Source: Octopus vulgaris
Lineage: Eukaryota
Assembly: GCA_951406725.2 (NCBI GenBank)
Contig: OX597815.1
Coordinates: forward strand, 91,016,001-91,080,000
Direction: 5' to 3'
Length of the DNA: 64,000 nucleotides
Below, in pieces: positions 40,261 to 54,167 of this stretch (positions are counted from its first letter, which is position 1; each line of letters starts with the position of its first letter). The notes under the pieces are model-generated. The model had not been told where the DNA came from. It ran no database searches and worked only from the letters and a program-made list of their open reading frames with translations. Made by a program: the position numbers and the translations under genes.

Positions 40261-41699
40261 GAATTTGTCATTTATTATTGTTGTTAAGAACTTTCAAATG
40301 AGAGACTGAATGTGCAAGCAGCAGCCAGACAGTCTGGGCGTTAAGGAGTGTTGTTGAGTATATCGGTACAATTCTAAAAATTATATAATCATTTGCCTGA
40401 GGAAATAAAAATTAGAGAGAAAAGAGAGAAAAATTAGGCAATATTCCCTATGAAAAGATCTCTTACAACATTGCAGACATAGATGATATGAAGTGGTATT
40501 ATTCAGAACATTAAAAAATAGTACTTGAGATGATATCTAGGTCGGTTGTTGAGATGAATTTGTTTGAAAGATTTAATAGAAGAGGTGAGAAAGATAACGG
40601 ACTAATTAGAATTGTGAAGAGATAGATGGTAAGTGAGGAAAAAAATGTATTGAATCAAAATTTATTACAAACAAAAATTTTAATTAACTATTATTCACAA
40701 AATTGAATTTTCTTGTTTATCAGGTGTCAAATGTAGAAACTGTTTCAAGTAACAGATGCAAACTAACATTAACACCTGCTCATTTTCTAAGAGTAAAAAC
40801 TTTTTTTTATAAAAAAAGTTATCTTGCTTTTATTTTTTATGCATTCAGTAGAGAACCGAACAATCTTTGGTTCAATGTGTCATTGTTCTAATTTCAAACC
40901 TCGCTTGACTCGTTTATTGTTTCATCTCTTATGGTCAATAAAATAAATCCAGTTAATAAATCGATACCTCCATTATTTTTAAAATTGTATCAGTACTCTA
41001 TGCAAAACATACCACTATGATCTGTTTTTATTCTGATATAAGCTAAAAGAATTAAGTAATTGGGGGAAATAGGTTGAGTGCAAGTCGTCTGTTTGTTTGG
41101 AAGCTGTATAAACATAACATTCCAGTAACACCTATTATCATAAATTCTGTCTCGAATTTCTTTCAAACGGAAACACTGAGTGTGATAACTGAGAGTAGAA
41201 AAAACATGCCTCTTCCTGGGTCTTGTGTCGTAAATATATTTATTTTAGCCAAATTTACATGGATAAAATGATTCATTTTCAGTGTCCAGTTATGACACAG
41301 CAACCTCTCTGCACATAAAAGCTATGGAAAAAAATCATGACATAAAATACCAGATCTTTTTACACCCTTAAACCATTGTATATTGTCTTACAGTTATCGC
41401 ATGTGAACTAGTTAGCATGGAAGTTCATCCACTCACACGGACATGTACTTGTGTGTGCGTATGGAAGTATGTATATACATATACATATAGAGAGAGAGAG
41501 ATAGGGGGGGATAGAGAGAGAGAGGCACAGCAAATAGGCTGAGTGGTTAGAGTCGCATATATTGCCTTGAAGCATTCTATCCACTTCTCTGAGTTCAAAT
41601 ACTTCTGGGGTCATACCTGTCTTTGGTTCTTTCAATGTCGATCAATATAGTATCAGTCTTCTACCAGTGTCGTTTCTTTTCTTTCTTCCTCTCAGTCGG

Positions 41700-41786
<87 letters not shown>

Positions 41787-41986
41787 GTTTCTTTTCTCTT
41801 TCGGTAACAATTGGCTATGGTCAGACCTGAAGAAGAATGGGCACCGCCGAGTCTAAAACTGGCAAAATTATGCGACGTGTTCTTGCCAAAACATAAATAA
41901 AAACATTAATGCATTATTATTTTCTAGTACTCGTGTCTTGGCAAGAACGGGCTAGTTCTCTCTCTCTCCTTCTCTCTCCCCCATCT

Positions 41987-42052
<66 letters not shown>

Positions 42053-42518
42053 GGATTTACCACTTTTATACTTAGTAAAAAAAGTTTCTTTTGGAGTATT
42101 TTACCTATACGAAGACTTTCAGTGTTCACCTTGTTCACTTTGAGCTGGGGAAATGCCGTTCTAAGAAAGAATGAAATAGTACTGCATATGATTATCAATA
42201 TAGATATAAACTCATTGCATCATTTTCATAGTCCTTGATTTCAAATTCATATTTCTAATCCCGCCTAAAGTTGTAAGAAGATAGTTACCTCCCTTGGTAT
42301 TAACGACCGTCCACGCTCGTGAGTGTTATTTTTATGTTCCTTAAACGATATTTATTAAAGACATAAGATGAATTCCTCTTATAGAGGAATGGGAATAAAT
42401 ACACATTGGTGCTACTATACAAATGTGTTATTATACAAACATAAGATTTTAAAAAGAATAATACACAAAACGAAAACTAACAACACCGAACAAATAGACA
42501 CAGCAAGCATTATACAAA

Positions 42519-43040
42519 CTAGCTGAACCACAGACCTCCGGGCGGTCGATTCTGTTAGTACATATCTAAACTCCTGTTCGTAGTTTGAAAGTAAAAAGTG
42601 AAACTTACTATAACTTTCTTCACGAATTTTCTTATAGACAACGTTGTCATAGTAGATTCCATATATGTGCACATTGTTCCCAGAACAAACCCTGCTGTTG
42701 GCAACATAGAACTGGCCATGGCTGAACATAGGCTTTGGCAGGTAAATTCCAACTTTCTCTAAGGTCTGGCGCTGGGATTTGTTTGATGTCATTCCAAAAG
42801 CCGGTTTCACAGGAAAGTGCTTCCTGGAAAATGGGAACAAATAGTCTTCAGTGGTAGTCAGTGGAATTCGTGGTATCATTATTCGGATTCCAGCATGTGC
42901 TTCATCGACCACCTCTACTTCAATAACGGGGTTGAGCAGATTCAAGACTCTGCTGCTCATCCATAGTCCCTCTCCATACTTCTCATCAATACCCCCGAAG
43001 ACCACTTCACAAAATCGACTAGGGTTCCTTATACCCTAAA
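42519..43040 (-). mobile_element. Helitron 3' end
   Basis: Minus strand: helicase remnant, then hairpin gacc-gcccgga-ggtc and tgtggttcagCTAG followed by T. Confidence 0.8.
42630..42930 (-). pseudogene. Helitron RepHel PIF1-like helicase C-terminal fragment
   Basis: IMIPRIPLT...FPFSRKHFPVKPAFGMTSNKSQRQTLEKVGIYLPKPMFSHGQFYVANSRV matches PIF1 motifs V/VI. Confidence 0.9.
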
Positions 43041-43215
43041 AACAACAATTCTATTTAGCTTTCGCCAATATGTGAAACATCAACAGTTGTGAAAAAACTA
43101 CGGAAGAGTCAGCATAACATTCAAGCTTCAAAACAAAGTAAAGAAGCAGATACTTACCTTCTCGTGATGAGGTAGCAAAACAACATCAATATATATATAT
43201 ATATATATATATATA

Positions 43216-43940
43216 CTAGGTTTGATCAATAAGTATCCGGACTGTTTCCATACTAACGAAGCTAAAGCACGCGGAGTAAAGTTGTTCGGCAAAGATTGAC
43301 CATAAACACTGTTGTGCATGCCCACTAAGTTTTAACGTCCTAGCTCACTTCCACTGTTTACAGCAATGCTTGGAGGGAATATGTGTAGCGTGTGATCGTC
43401 GCATTGACTATGACAGACAAAGTTGTCTTGGCGATATCCTCTCAGAGGCCTACGCAATGTTGCGGAAAGTGTATGGAGAGGAGCATATGAGCCGCACGCA
43501 AGAGTACGAGTGTGTCAGACGTTTCCAAGATGACCGAAAAAATGTCGATATTGACGACCGTTCTATCAAATTTGTGCTAGAACTGCTTTCAGCTGACCTG
43601 AAAGACACCCGTGTTCCAGTTACACAAGATCTCCTTGATTTTGTTGAGAACGATGAAAACTTTTTGAAAACTTTGCGTAGGCCTCCGAGCAGGCATCGCC
43701 AAGCTTTTGGCAACATTTGATGCAGATTCCTTGCTCAACTTTTTCTGTCATTGTCAATGCCACGATCACACTCTACATACCTTCCTTCCAAGCACTGTAA
43801 ACAACGGACGAGAGCTAGGAGGTTAAAACTTAGTGCACAAGCACAACTGTGTTCAAGAGAAATCTGTGCCAAGCGGATCTATTCTGCGTGCTTTAGCTTC
43901 GTTACTATGGCAACAATCCGGATACTTATTGATCAGTCCA
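43216..43940 (+). mobile_element. internally deleted mariner element (MITE-like)
   Basis: About 60-bp TIRs tgatcaataagtatccggactgtttccatactaacgaagctaaagcacgc. Remnant SEAYAMLRKVYGEEHMSRTQEYECVRRFQDDRKNVDIDDRS (mariner HTH). Confidence 0.85.
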
Positions 43941-44689
43941 TTATTTGCCTGACCTGCTAGAAATAACAGTGAAATCTCTCAAATCACTCTAACGTCCTAG
44001 AATAAGCTAATGTAGTTCTGGAGTATCTCAATTAGAGGGTCATGTCAAGATTGGAATAACTATCATCAGAGGTTTGCCTGTTTAAGACTGGAGTTGAACA
44101 ATAACTCATTTCTTGAGATGAACCAGGGAGACAAAAAATGGAGTACCTATGGGGTCACTCATTGTGCTAAAAATAGCAATCATACTTCCTTCGAATCATA
44201 CCCTAAAAGAGGAAAGGCACATTTGATAATGTAGCCTGTACTTAGTAAAAGAAGTACAGAGTGGTTACGACTGGAATGCTTTTTAGTATACGCATACTCA
44301 TTAAGAGTTGATTTAGAGTCAAGCAACTTTATTGTGATTTTGTGTATTACCCAAATTTTACACTTCACCTAGGTCATCTGAACAAAATTACATTTCAAAA
44401 AGAGAGACATAGTTCACTGCGGTATACACCGACTAGTCTACGCTTATCACAAAGTATCGAGAATTTAAAGCCTATACAAGAGACATGCTGAGTATAAACA
44501 ACAACAGCACCAACATATGCAACACAAGATAGCATCAATGTGATCAAAAGGGCAGAAATAACAGTCAAATCTCCATTAAATAGCACTCCGCCGTCTTAAA
44601 AAGAGAAAAGTCACATTAGACAATGTAGTTCTGCACATCCCTAAAAAAATCTAGACAGTCATGGCTGGAATGCTTTTCATTAGTTTCAA

Positions 44690-45080
44690 TTTTTGGCACA
44701 AGCCAGCAATTTTGAGGGCGGGGTAAGTTGATTACTTCAACCCTAATGCTCAACTGGTACTTATTTTATCGACTTCGAAAGGAAGATAGACAAAGTCAAC
44801 TTCAAAATTTGAACTCAGAACATAAAGGCGGACGAAATACCTATTTCTTTACTACCCACAAGGGGCTAAACACAGAGAGGACAAACAAGGACGGACAAAC
44901 GGATTAAGTTGATTATATTGACCCCAGTGCGGAACTGGTACTTATTTAATCGACCCCGAAAGGATGAAAGGCAAAGTCGGCCTCGGCGGAATTTGAACTC
45001 AGAATTCCGCGGACCAAATACCGTTTAGCGTTTTGCCCGGCGTACTAGCAATTCTGCATTCTACCAGGTCACCACCTCTG
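44690..45080 (-). mobile_element. SINE, composite/dimeric form
   Basis: Repeated aactggtactta.ttt.atcgac...gaaagga.ga.ag.caaagtc blocks; reverse complement of 50017-50475. Confidence 0.8.
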
Positions 45081-45171
45081 AAATGTCTTTCATTATAGAT
45101 CTGTTTAATTACAATTAACCTGAAGCTAAAGAACATGAGGAGTAGTACTAGCATTATTTTTACTAGCATTA

Positions 45172-45386
45172 AGGCAGCGAGTTGGTGGAATGGTTAGTAC
45201 GATGGAGAAAATACTTAATGGCATTTCTTCCGGTTTTATGTTCAGCGTTAAAATTCCGCTGCGGTGTAACCTGACTTTCATCCTTTCGGGGTTGATAAAA
45301 TAAGTACCAGTCTAGTACAGAGGGTCTATGTAATTGACAGGCTTCTTCCCCAAAAAATTCAGGCCTTGTACCTTTTGTAGAAAGAA
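45172..45386 (+). mobile_element. SINE
   Basis: aaggcagcgagttggtggaatggttagtacg...ctttcatcctttcggggttgataaaataagtaccag...gtagaaagaatta. Confidence 0.8.
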
Positions 45387-45406
45387 TTAACGAGTTAAAA
45401 AGAGAG

Positions 45407-45417
45407 TGGTAGTAGTA

Positions 45418-45514
<97 letters not shown>

Positions 45515-45517
45515 CAC

Positions 45518-45551
<34 letters not shown>

Positions 45552-45555
45552 GATG
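45407..45555. repeat. (TAG)n, (TTG)n, (TGG)n microsatellites
   Basis: Direct reading. Confidence 0.95.
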
Positions 45556-46929
45556 AGGTTATTGTTTAACACCATGTGAGTTTTAAATGAGCAAATTTAT
45601 GTTGAAGGGTATTGCAATCACGACTACGCCATCTTATTTTCAGGCGTTGTATCAAGGGCTACCTTATCTAATGTGAGGGTTTTCCCCGGAAGAGAAGGAA
45701 TATTTAGCTGATATTTTTTGCTCATCAAACGATCTTTTTGACAATTATTGTAGAAATCATATATACATCCGAACATTTCTGTTTGCATGCAAAGTTAAAG
45801 ACCGTGTAGAAAGACATATATCTTATAACAATAGCACCCACACCAACAACAACATCAATTCCATATAAAAGTTTAAGGGTTAAACTTAAAACAAAAATAA
45901 TGATGTAATAACTTGCAACTATAACATGAAGAATTCTCTAGAAAAACTGATTATGGAGATTATAAGAAAGAATAAAAGGCTGTTAACATTTAATGAAAAA
46001 CTGTTTACAAGTTAAATGAATCTAACGAAATGCTTTTATCAAATTGCAAATGCATTTTTATGTAGCTAAAGGATTGTTAAAAATGATTAAAAATTCTCTT
46101 GACATGCCATCTGCATTGGCATCACTCCTATAAGGAAAAGAAAGCTTGGAAAATATACTTAAGACATATTTTATTTAGATGCAGAAGTAAAAACTAAAAT
46201 TAGGTTAAAAAGTAAAATTAAACCTTCTTGCTACGTTGTAGTATTTGTCTCATAAATGAGCAAAAAAATACGAAGACCATATTACTTCAAATATTAGCAA
46301 AAAAAAACGTAAAATTGTTCAAGATTGCAAGGAATTATATATCTTATTTTAAAGTGGTTTTATTGATATTTTTTTACCTTCAGAGAATATTTATCTCGTA
46401 CATTTTCTTCTTTAACTTTAATTCAGTTCTTTAAATCAAAGGTTCTTTCTACATTACCAAAATCGGTAAATCTATAAGAAGATTTAACGTTTCAGTTTTT
46501 TTGGTTTTTTGTTTTTTTAACTGAAATACTTCTGAAATTTTAAGAAGATTCTTTTTCTAAATGTTATATATTGCGATATTATATAAAAGTTCAAATATAT
46601 TCAAGTCTCTGAAATTTCTAGCCAGAAAGGAACTACTCAAATGTTCATTTCTACGGAAGTTTATCTGTGAATTGGTCGGCAGTAATTAGTTAAGGGTTTT
46701 TTCATCTCTTTGAGAAAATATAGCAGAAGAAATATATTACAACTTTATCCTAAAGTTGCAACTGTCCTGTATGATTTAAAATGGTTAATGTCGATTTTCA
46801 AAGAATAAATCTACATTCTATAGACATTTCAGATGTCATTTGTCTTCGAGCTACGTTCATATATAATGAATTTTAGAAAAATAGTAATAGTTTTCCATAA
46901 CATAGACACGATGCTAGATATTGTGAGGA

Positions 46930-47092
46930 AGAGGTCAATTAAATCAATTTTAGTATCTGACTGGTACGTTATTTAATCGACCCTGAAAGAATTAATGACA
47001 AAGTTGACCTGGGCAGGATTTCAACCTGGAGCATAAAGAACCGTAACTTGAGACATTTTGCCAGACTCTACCAATTCTGCCATTTCGCTTCA
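46930..47092 (-). mobile_element. SINE, diverged
   Basis: ctggtacgttatttaatcgaccctgaaagaattaatgacaaagttgacc matches the family. Confidence 0.65.
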
Positions 47093-47327
47093 ATAAGTAA
47101 AGCTAATAACACTTCGTCAAATGAGAATCTCTTACGGTCTAGCTTTAAAGAATGATTTTCGATTATACCTACAAGCAATAGCTGCAACACATGAAAAGAA
47201 CGATCCACAAATAGGGAACGCAGGGAAGCAATGAAGTGAAACTTCGAAACAATAAATGGATAAATATAATTTATGATGTGTCTTTGGAAGCCAATTTCCT
47301 CTCTTGTTTCGACGCAAGAATGTGTGT

Positions 47328-47389
<62 letters not shown>

Positions 47390-47996
47390 GTAGCTATGTA
47401 CGCGTGCGTGCGTGCGAGTTTATATCTGTATGTGAGTCGGAAAATACTTGAACGGCCCAATTTGCACTGTATTAGATGACCAGTCGTAAAATTATTGTTT
47501 TGCATTCTATCGTTGGAAAATACTTCGGTTCAGAGATCTGTCAGGTTTTTTACAGGTTACCTATAAGTATCCCAGAGTAAGGGTCTCGTAAATAGCTGTA
47601 AAACTTTGCAATACGCTAAGAAAGCTTCTACGTGACTACTCGACATAGTAGAAATAGCTAGCAAATATTTTGCAAACCACTAATTGTTATTTTTAAAAAG
47701 ACACGTGACATTGTGAGTAATCTCTAAGCAGAAAAATCTCAATTGAAATGAAACTAGCTACAATGGAGAATGTTCAAAAATATCTTGTTTTAGTCCACCG
47801 GTGCTAGACAATTTTCGTCTGTCGTTGACTTATGCTTTTAAGTACTAAATATCTATAAAATATTATCTCTCAAGACGAATTCCGCAGTATTACAGCGTTC
47901 TTATTGGTAGTATATAAAGAATGCTAATCGGTACTAATACTGCTTCCATTGCTAATATATGGAAGGAAGTGTATTCCTACTCAGGAAAGAATATTG

Positions 47997-48265
47997 GAGA
48001 ATTTTTTGGGGGTTTGAAAATGCCAATAAATCTCAAAACATGTAGCTGTTTTAAAATTTTGTAATAGATTTATTAAAATACCAAACCCGTTTCAACAATT
48101 TTGGGGGATATGAATAGAAATATTTTTTTATTTCTTATCTTTACCAATGAGAAGAAAAAATCGTCGAAAACGCTTTGGTATTTAAATAAACCTATTACAA
48201 AATTTTAAAATAACTACACGTTTTGAGATTCAGGTGGATTTTCAAAGTTCAAAACAAATTCTCAT
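47997..48265. mobile_element. fold-back element F, diverged arms about 47997-48102 and 48155-48265
   Basis: aatctcaaaacatgtagctgttttaaaattttgtaatagatttattaaaataccaaa is mirrored by tttggtatttaaataaacctattacaaaattttaaaataactacacgttttgagatt. Confidence 0.8.
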
Positions 48266-48284
48266 ATGTATATAGATAAATATC

Positions 48285-48719
48285 AGTAATAATAAAGGGT
48301 GAAATTAATTAATTTGGAATAATTATCAATTACACCAAGTAGATTTCGGCATGTAAAAGCCCCATTCGAGGAAAATTTAAGTAATACTAAGTAATTAAGG
48401 GTTTAGCAACGAATTGCCTCACCAACACACCGAATTTAGAAATAGCAGTCAAAGAGATATAGCTATTCCTTCTACTAAAAGGGGGATCTCAGTAAAAACA
48501 CAGCACTTGAAAGGCAAACACAGACAGGTAAGAAAGAAAGAATGAAATGACGGCAATCCATCATACAATTTTAAGTTACCTACGGACGTACGTTTCGAAA
48601 TCAAGTTTTACTGAGATCCCCCTTTTAGTAGAAGGAATAGCTATATCTCTTTGACTGCTATTTCTAAATTCGGTGTGTTGGTGAGGCAATTCGTTGCTAA
48701 ACCCTTAATTACTTAGTAT
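48285..48719. mobile_element. fold-back element G, arms 48384-48497 and 48606-48719
   Basis: About 114-bp essentially identical arms and a 100-bp left extension. The right arm runs into TA/(GATA)n. The spacer holds a hammerhead 3' half GAAAC-gtac-GTC on the minus strand (48585-48596). Confidence 0.9.

Positions 48720-48809
<90 letters not shown>
48720..48809. repeat. (GATA)n microsatellite
   Basis: Direct reading. Confidence 0.95.
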
Positions 48810-48810
48810 T

Positions 48811-49222
48811 CAGATGAATATGGTATTTAAGTTAAAGGCACCAGAATTTTGTATGGTATTATCTATATAAATCAAATGGGGTGATTATAAGCAAAATAAG
48901 CAACAATATTCATACACTGATAGATCTAAATAACAAAGTGAATTCAATGATAAAATCTACAGACGGAGAATGAACATACAACCATCATGTACTTAATGAT
49001 GAAATTAACCTCTCTGTCTATATATCTACCATCTTTGTAATGTTGGCAAATTAAATAAGTATAAGAATATGCATTGTCCGTTTAAGTGAAAATTTCTATA
49101 TGTGGCTGAAGATTACTCGATATTTTAAAACTGATGTAAAACTGCAGTGTTTAATAAAATGAAGTAGTATGAAACAATTGTACTACCCTACCTTGGATAT
49201 CTTTGTTGCTTATTTTGATTAT
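48811..49222. mobile_element. microsatellite-embedded element H with short residual inverted repeat and hammerhead
   Basis: caaaataagcaacaa (about 48891-48906) mirrored by ttgttgcttattttg (about 49203-49217); ends in (TA)n. Confidence 0.6.
49102..49186 (+). ncRNA. hammerhead ribozyme motif with long stem II insert
   Basis: gtgg CTGAAGA ttact...agtat GAAAC aatt GTA ctac; palindromic ACAATTGT loop. Confidence 0.65.
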
Positions 49223-49692
49223 ATATATATATATAATTCTAGATGTTTACTTCATGTTTTTTTTTCTAGTCTACACACTTTTCATGCATATCTGTACTGA
49301 GCATTTTGTATTTTTGCCTGAAAACATGAATAATTGATATTTGTTAGTCTTCTAGCGAAACGAAATGCGTTTTGTTGGATTCACTGTCTTGATAACCCTT
49401 GTACGTTTATGTTTTCTCAAGTCTCACGATAGTCTTTATGAACGTTGCTCTTTATGTAGGAACCTTTACTTTTTTGTATTACACGCATATTCATACACCT
49501 GCGTAAATATATGTGTGTAAAGAAAGCACCTAATGTTTTAAATTGTCTAAAGAAAAAATAAATTACTAAACTGCAATAAAGTAATAAAATAATAATATTT
49601 ATTTGAAGCTGAAATTTCATGAATCACAATTCTAAGTTTCATGTTACAGATTCTCAAGTGATAATACAATAAATTCAAGAACCTTATACATG

Positions 49693-49763
<71 letters not shown>

Positions 49764-50016
49764 TGTGTGTGTGTGCGCGCGTTGAATGTGTAATGCCTGC
49801 AAACAAAAGAGAACCTTCTGATTTTTTTAACCGTTTATCGGAAATATACAAGTGTTTACAAAATTCAACTGTGAAGCAGTTGCAAGTCAAAAATGAGCAT
49901 TTAGAATGGAACCCCTATGGAAAAATATTATGTTGTTTTTCAGAAAATCAAATACCACAAATATTCTTGGTCTAAGTTTAAGTTGTGGTGCCTTCTAAAT
50001 ATAGTCCAAATGCTTA

Positions 50017-50475
50017 AGGCGGCGAGCTGGCAGAAACGTTAGCACGCCGGACGGAATGCTTAGCAGTATTTCGTCTGTTGCTACGTTCTGAGTTTAAATT
50101 CGTCCTTCCTAAAAACTCCCGAAGAAAACTATATTCACCTATCCTCTCCAGAATTGGACGAAATAACATGGATCTTAGAATACATCGCGGGAAATCTGTA
50201 GCTTTGCCTTTCATCCTTTCGAGGTCGATTAAATAAGTACCGGTTACGCACTGGAGTCGATATAATCAACTTAATCCGTTTGCCTGTCCTTGTTTGTCCT
50301 CTCTATGTTTAGCCCCTTGTGAGTTGTAAAGAGTTCAAATTCCGCCGAGGTCGACTTTGCCTTCCATCCTTTCGGGGTCGATAAATTAAGTGCCAGTTGC
50401 ATACTGGGGTCGATCTAATCGACTGGCCGCCTCCTCAAAAAAAAAAAAAGGGCTGTGTGCCTAGAGTAGAAAAGT
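50017..50475 (+). mobile_element. SINE, composite form, interrupted by a 105-bp foreign insert
   Basis: Head aaggcggcgagctggcagaaacgttagcacgccgg, two body blocks and tail tgtgcctagagtagaaaag. Confidence 0.85.
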
Positions 50476-51167
50476 ATATTCCAAGTGCTTTCGCAGTTTC
50501 TGATATTGTGCTTTAATATTCAAATGTGTTTAGCTGTTGTTATATCAGAACGTCTTTCAATATTTCTAGCAGTATATTTATGTTTATTATATCTTAAAAA
50601 TATTTCCAGTCAAACATACATAACATTAGAAACTGAATCATTAGCTGTGAATATTTCGGGCAATAAAAGATAAAATTCGAAAGACATAAATAATTTAAAC
50701 GACATTTTACGGTCAATTGCACAAAGAGAAATATTTAAATTTGAAAAGCAGTCAAAGATTTTTATCATTATTTGGTGTTTTTGTAGAAAAAAATCTATCA
50801 ACAACTAAAATTTAATTTAACATTCGTGTTTATATTCGTATAATATTGTTTTTCTTTTCTTCTAATGATTGCATCGTACTGCAGCTTTGCTGAGGCATCA
50901 AACTTAAGGGGTTAGTCGACCATATCGATTCCACTAATGATCTCAGTCTGGACTTTTATTCATATCTGTTTGTCGAAATTTATGTTACTAAGTATAAAGC
51001 TGACAACATAGAACACAGTGCCAATTCTAAGCGGTGTAGATATAAAACTACATTCACCTATTCATATATATATATATATACAGAGACACACACACACAAA
51101 CAAACACACATACATGAATATATGTATGCATAGATACTTTTATTAAAGCTACAATATATTCACAAAA

Positions 51168-51205
51168 CTGTTACTCAAGGTTTCACGTTCCCGTCCGTCG
51201 GACAG
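51168..51205 (-). ncRNA. second copy of the 12200 hammerhead-like motif (core CCGACGG)
   Basis: Minus: ctgt CCGACGG acg-ggaa-cgt GAAAC cttga GTA acag. Confidence 0.5.
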
Positions 51206-51267
51206 CTGTGATGAATATTTAATTGCCAGCTTACTTTGCATTTATTTGCGTACTTGTATAAATATAT

Positions 51268-51305
<38 letters not shown>

Positions 51306-51480
51306 ACATATATACATATATATATACACACACATATACATCTATATATATATACGCATACATATATATATATCTATATACATACCGACATACATACATA
51401 CATACATACATACATACATACATACATACATACATACAAGCATACATACAAACATACGTACGTGTGTATATATATATATA

Positions 51481-52667
51481 TTTCTGTGTGAGTTAAAGGT
51501 TGGGAAACCAACCAACTAAGGGATAGTACCTATCCAATATACTGCTTCTAGAGTGCCCAATTATTCATACCCAAGTGGTGTTTACTGCGTGGCGATCTTG
51601 CAGTTGAGTGTTATATATGGGCGGCAATGATAAGGGTTTTACCCTTAATTTATACGGCAAACAAGAAAATGGAGATGATGCAAAAATGACATACATCAGT
51701 CAGTAGACATTCTAGTATGTCTATTTATTCAAAAGTATTAGAAAGTATTAGAAGAATACATACACATGTAGTAACTATGTGTTATACACACATGTACTAT
51801 TGCAGAAAAGAGCAAAAGATCAAATTATCAGTAGGTTCTAGTACCTTACGGCCGTTTCTGCCCAGAGGCAACGAAATCCTCCAAGCCATCTTCATCTCCT
51901 CAGTGTTCTGCAGGGATGGGCAGATAAAGTTTGGATGATGAATGTGCCTCTAGGCTTCTTCAGAGGGTTGGGAGGGTTAATACATATAAGAAACAGTTAG
52001 CAATAGGTGCAGTGTGTTTGTCTTTTTGGAAGGACAGAAAAAGAACAGGAGCAAACATGAGGATGTTAGTGAAGCACAACTTATGAAAATTATTTGGGTA
52101 TAAGAAGGGGAATAAGCTTCAGATTTCCCGTGATGTATTCTAAGATGCATGTTATTTCGTCCAATTCTGGAGAGGATTGGGGAATATAGTTTTCTTGGGG
52201 AGTTTTTAGGAAGGACGAATTTAGGCAGTAGTTCACATTAAGTTTACGTAAGAATTCACATTATGCTTGCATAGAAATACAGTGGTGGACTTGAAGGTAT
52301 GGTCCGTGTTACGGAGGTGAAAGTTCATATGTAAAGTGCCAGCTAGTAGGTGCAACGTTGTGGATGGTATGGCATAAGCAGCCTATGATGGTGAATCCAT
52401 CATAGAAAAATTTGTTATATGAGTGTACTAATGAGTGTAAGGAACTAGGTGGGACTAAAGCGCGGTGTTATTGTTCGTTACTTTTTGCCGATCAACAAGT
52501 TTAGGGATTCCGAGACTTGTTGATTGGCACATTCATCATCCAAACATTATCTGCCCATCCCTGCGGAACACTAAGGAGATGGAAATGACATGGATTATTT
52601 CGTTGCCTCTGGTCAGAAATGGCAGTAAGGAACTAGAACCTACTGACAATCTGATCTTTTGCTCTTT

Positions 52668-52668
<1 letters not shown>
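51481..52668. mobile_element. (TA)n-embedded fold-back element I, arms 51806-51948 and 52526-52668
   Basis: 143-bp diverged arms, 580-bp spacer and 325-bp left extension. Decayed hammerhead (GAAAC-ggcc-GTA on the minus strand near 51848). Confidence 0.85.
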
Positions 52669-52745
<77 letters not shown>

Positions 52746-52766
52746 CATGTATGTAAATGTATATAT

Positions 52767-53300
52767 AGGAGGTGTATTCAGAAGTTTTGAGACGTTTTTC
52801 AGAAGAGGCATTAATAAATTTCAAAGAAGTACAAAACACTAATCTTCTTGAAAATAGGATCCTCTGACTTCAACGCACTTATTGTAGCACTTCATCCACT
52901 TCGTGAAGGCCCCATGGAAGTCCTCCAAAATGAAAGTGTCCAAGACTCTTGTCACAGCCTTCAGCTTCTCCATATCTTCAAAATGACTGTCCCTGATTCT
53001 CTTTCAGTTTAGGTAACAACCAAAAGTCAATGTCTGGATAGTAGGGGAGGGTGGGGGATAGTTTTGATGCTCATCTCTGTCAAGTAGATGGTTACCTGCA
53101 TGGAATTGTAACAAGCAGTGTTTAGTAGGGCGTATTCAATGTGTTGTTACATCCGTCCCCTTTGACTTGGAATTTAAAAAGAAAACATTGACAGATCACC
53201 TTATTAAATGTAGAATAATGATATACTAAACTTGCAAAAGTCTAGGACATTTATAACTGGCTCTCCTAAAAGATTCTGAAAACTTTTGGAATGCCCCTCA
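52767..53300. mobile_element. mariner-derived MITE, diverged
   Basis: Imperfect TIRs gaggtgtattcagaagttttgagac / ttctgaaaacttttggaatgcccctc, TA flanks. Confidence 0.65.
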
Positions 53301-53319
53301 TATACATATGTGTGTGTGC

Positions 53320-53592
53320 ACGTGCTTGCGCGCACACACATATGCATACATAAATATATGCATGTATATATATATATATATATATATATATGTCTATGTA
53401 TATGTGTGTGTCTGTATATATATATATGTATATGTGTACGTGTGCATGTATGTATATATTCATATATACATATATATATATATATATGTATGTATGTATG
53501 TCTGTATGTATGCATGCGTGCATGCATGTATGTATGTATGTATGTATGTATGTATGTATGTATGTATGTACGTATGTATACAAGACACACAT
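53320..53592. repeat. compound (TA)n/(TATG)n tract
   Basis: Direct reading. Confidence 0.9.
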
Positions 53593-53969
53593 ATAATTTC
53601 AGTATAGTTCTAAGTTTTAACACTTCATAATATGTTTTCGCTTTTTAAAATATTATTTAATAACACGTTTTGCGTAACAACATTTAGAAAATATATCACG
53701 CTAAACAAAAAGCTAATTCTTTAGAAATAAACTCGTTGGAAATAGACATATCAAAGCGCATTAGATATAGTTAATAATAACATATTACGTTAAACCTGAC
53801 AAATAGATAAACAATTGATTTTCCTTTATTGACATTACTTGCATAATTGAAGCATAATTGAAAAATCCATCAGTTAGATATTCTTTAATGAACTCTTTTA
53901 TAACTAACCTGATCGAAAAGACACTAGATTTCGCTAAAAGTGATGCGTGAAACAGCGATTATTATATTG

Positions 53970-54167
53970 GTTTCACATTTTGGTACAAGGCCAGCAATTT
54001 GGGGGAAAGGGTAAGTCGGTTACATTGATCCTATTGCACAACTAATATTAATTTAATCGACCCCAAAGGGGATGAAAGGCAAAATTGACCTCAGAACGTA
54101 AGGACAGACGAAATGCCGCCAAGCATTTTGCCCGACGTGCTAACGATTCTGCCAGTTCACCGCCTTC
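53970..54167 (-). mobile_element. SINE
   Basis: Reverse complement of the 45172/50017 family. Confidence 0.8.
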
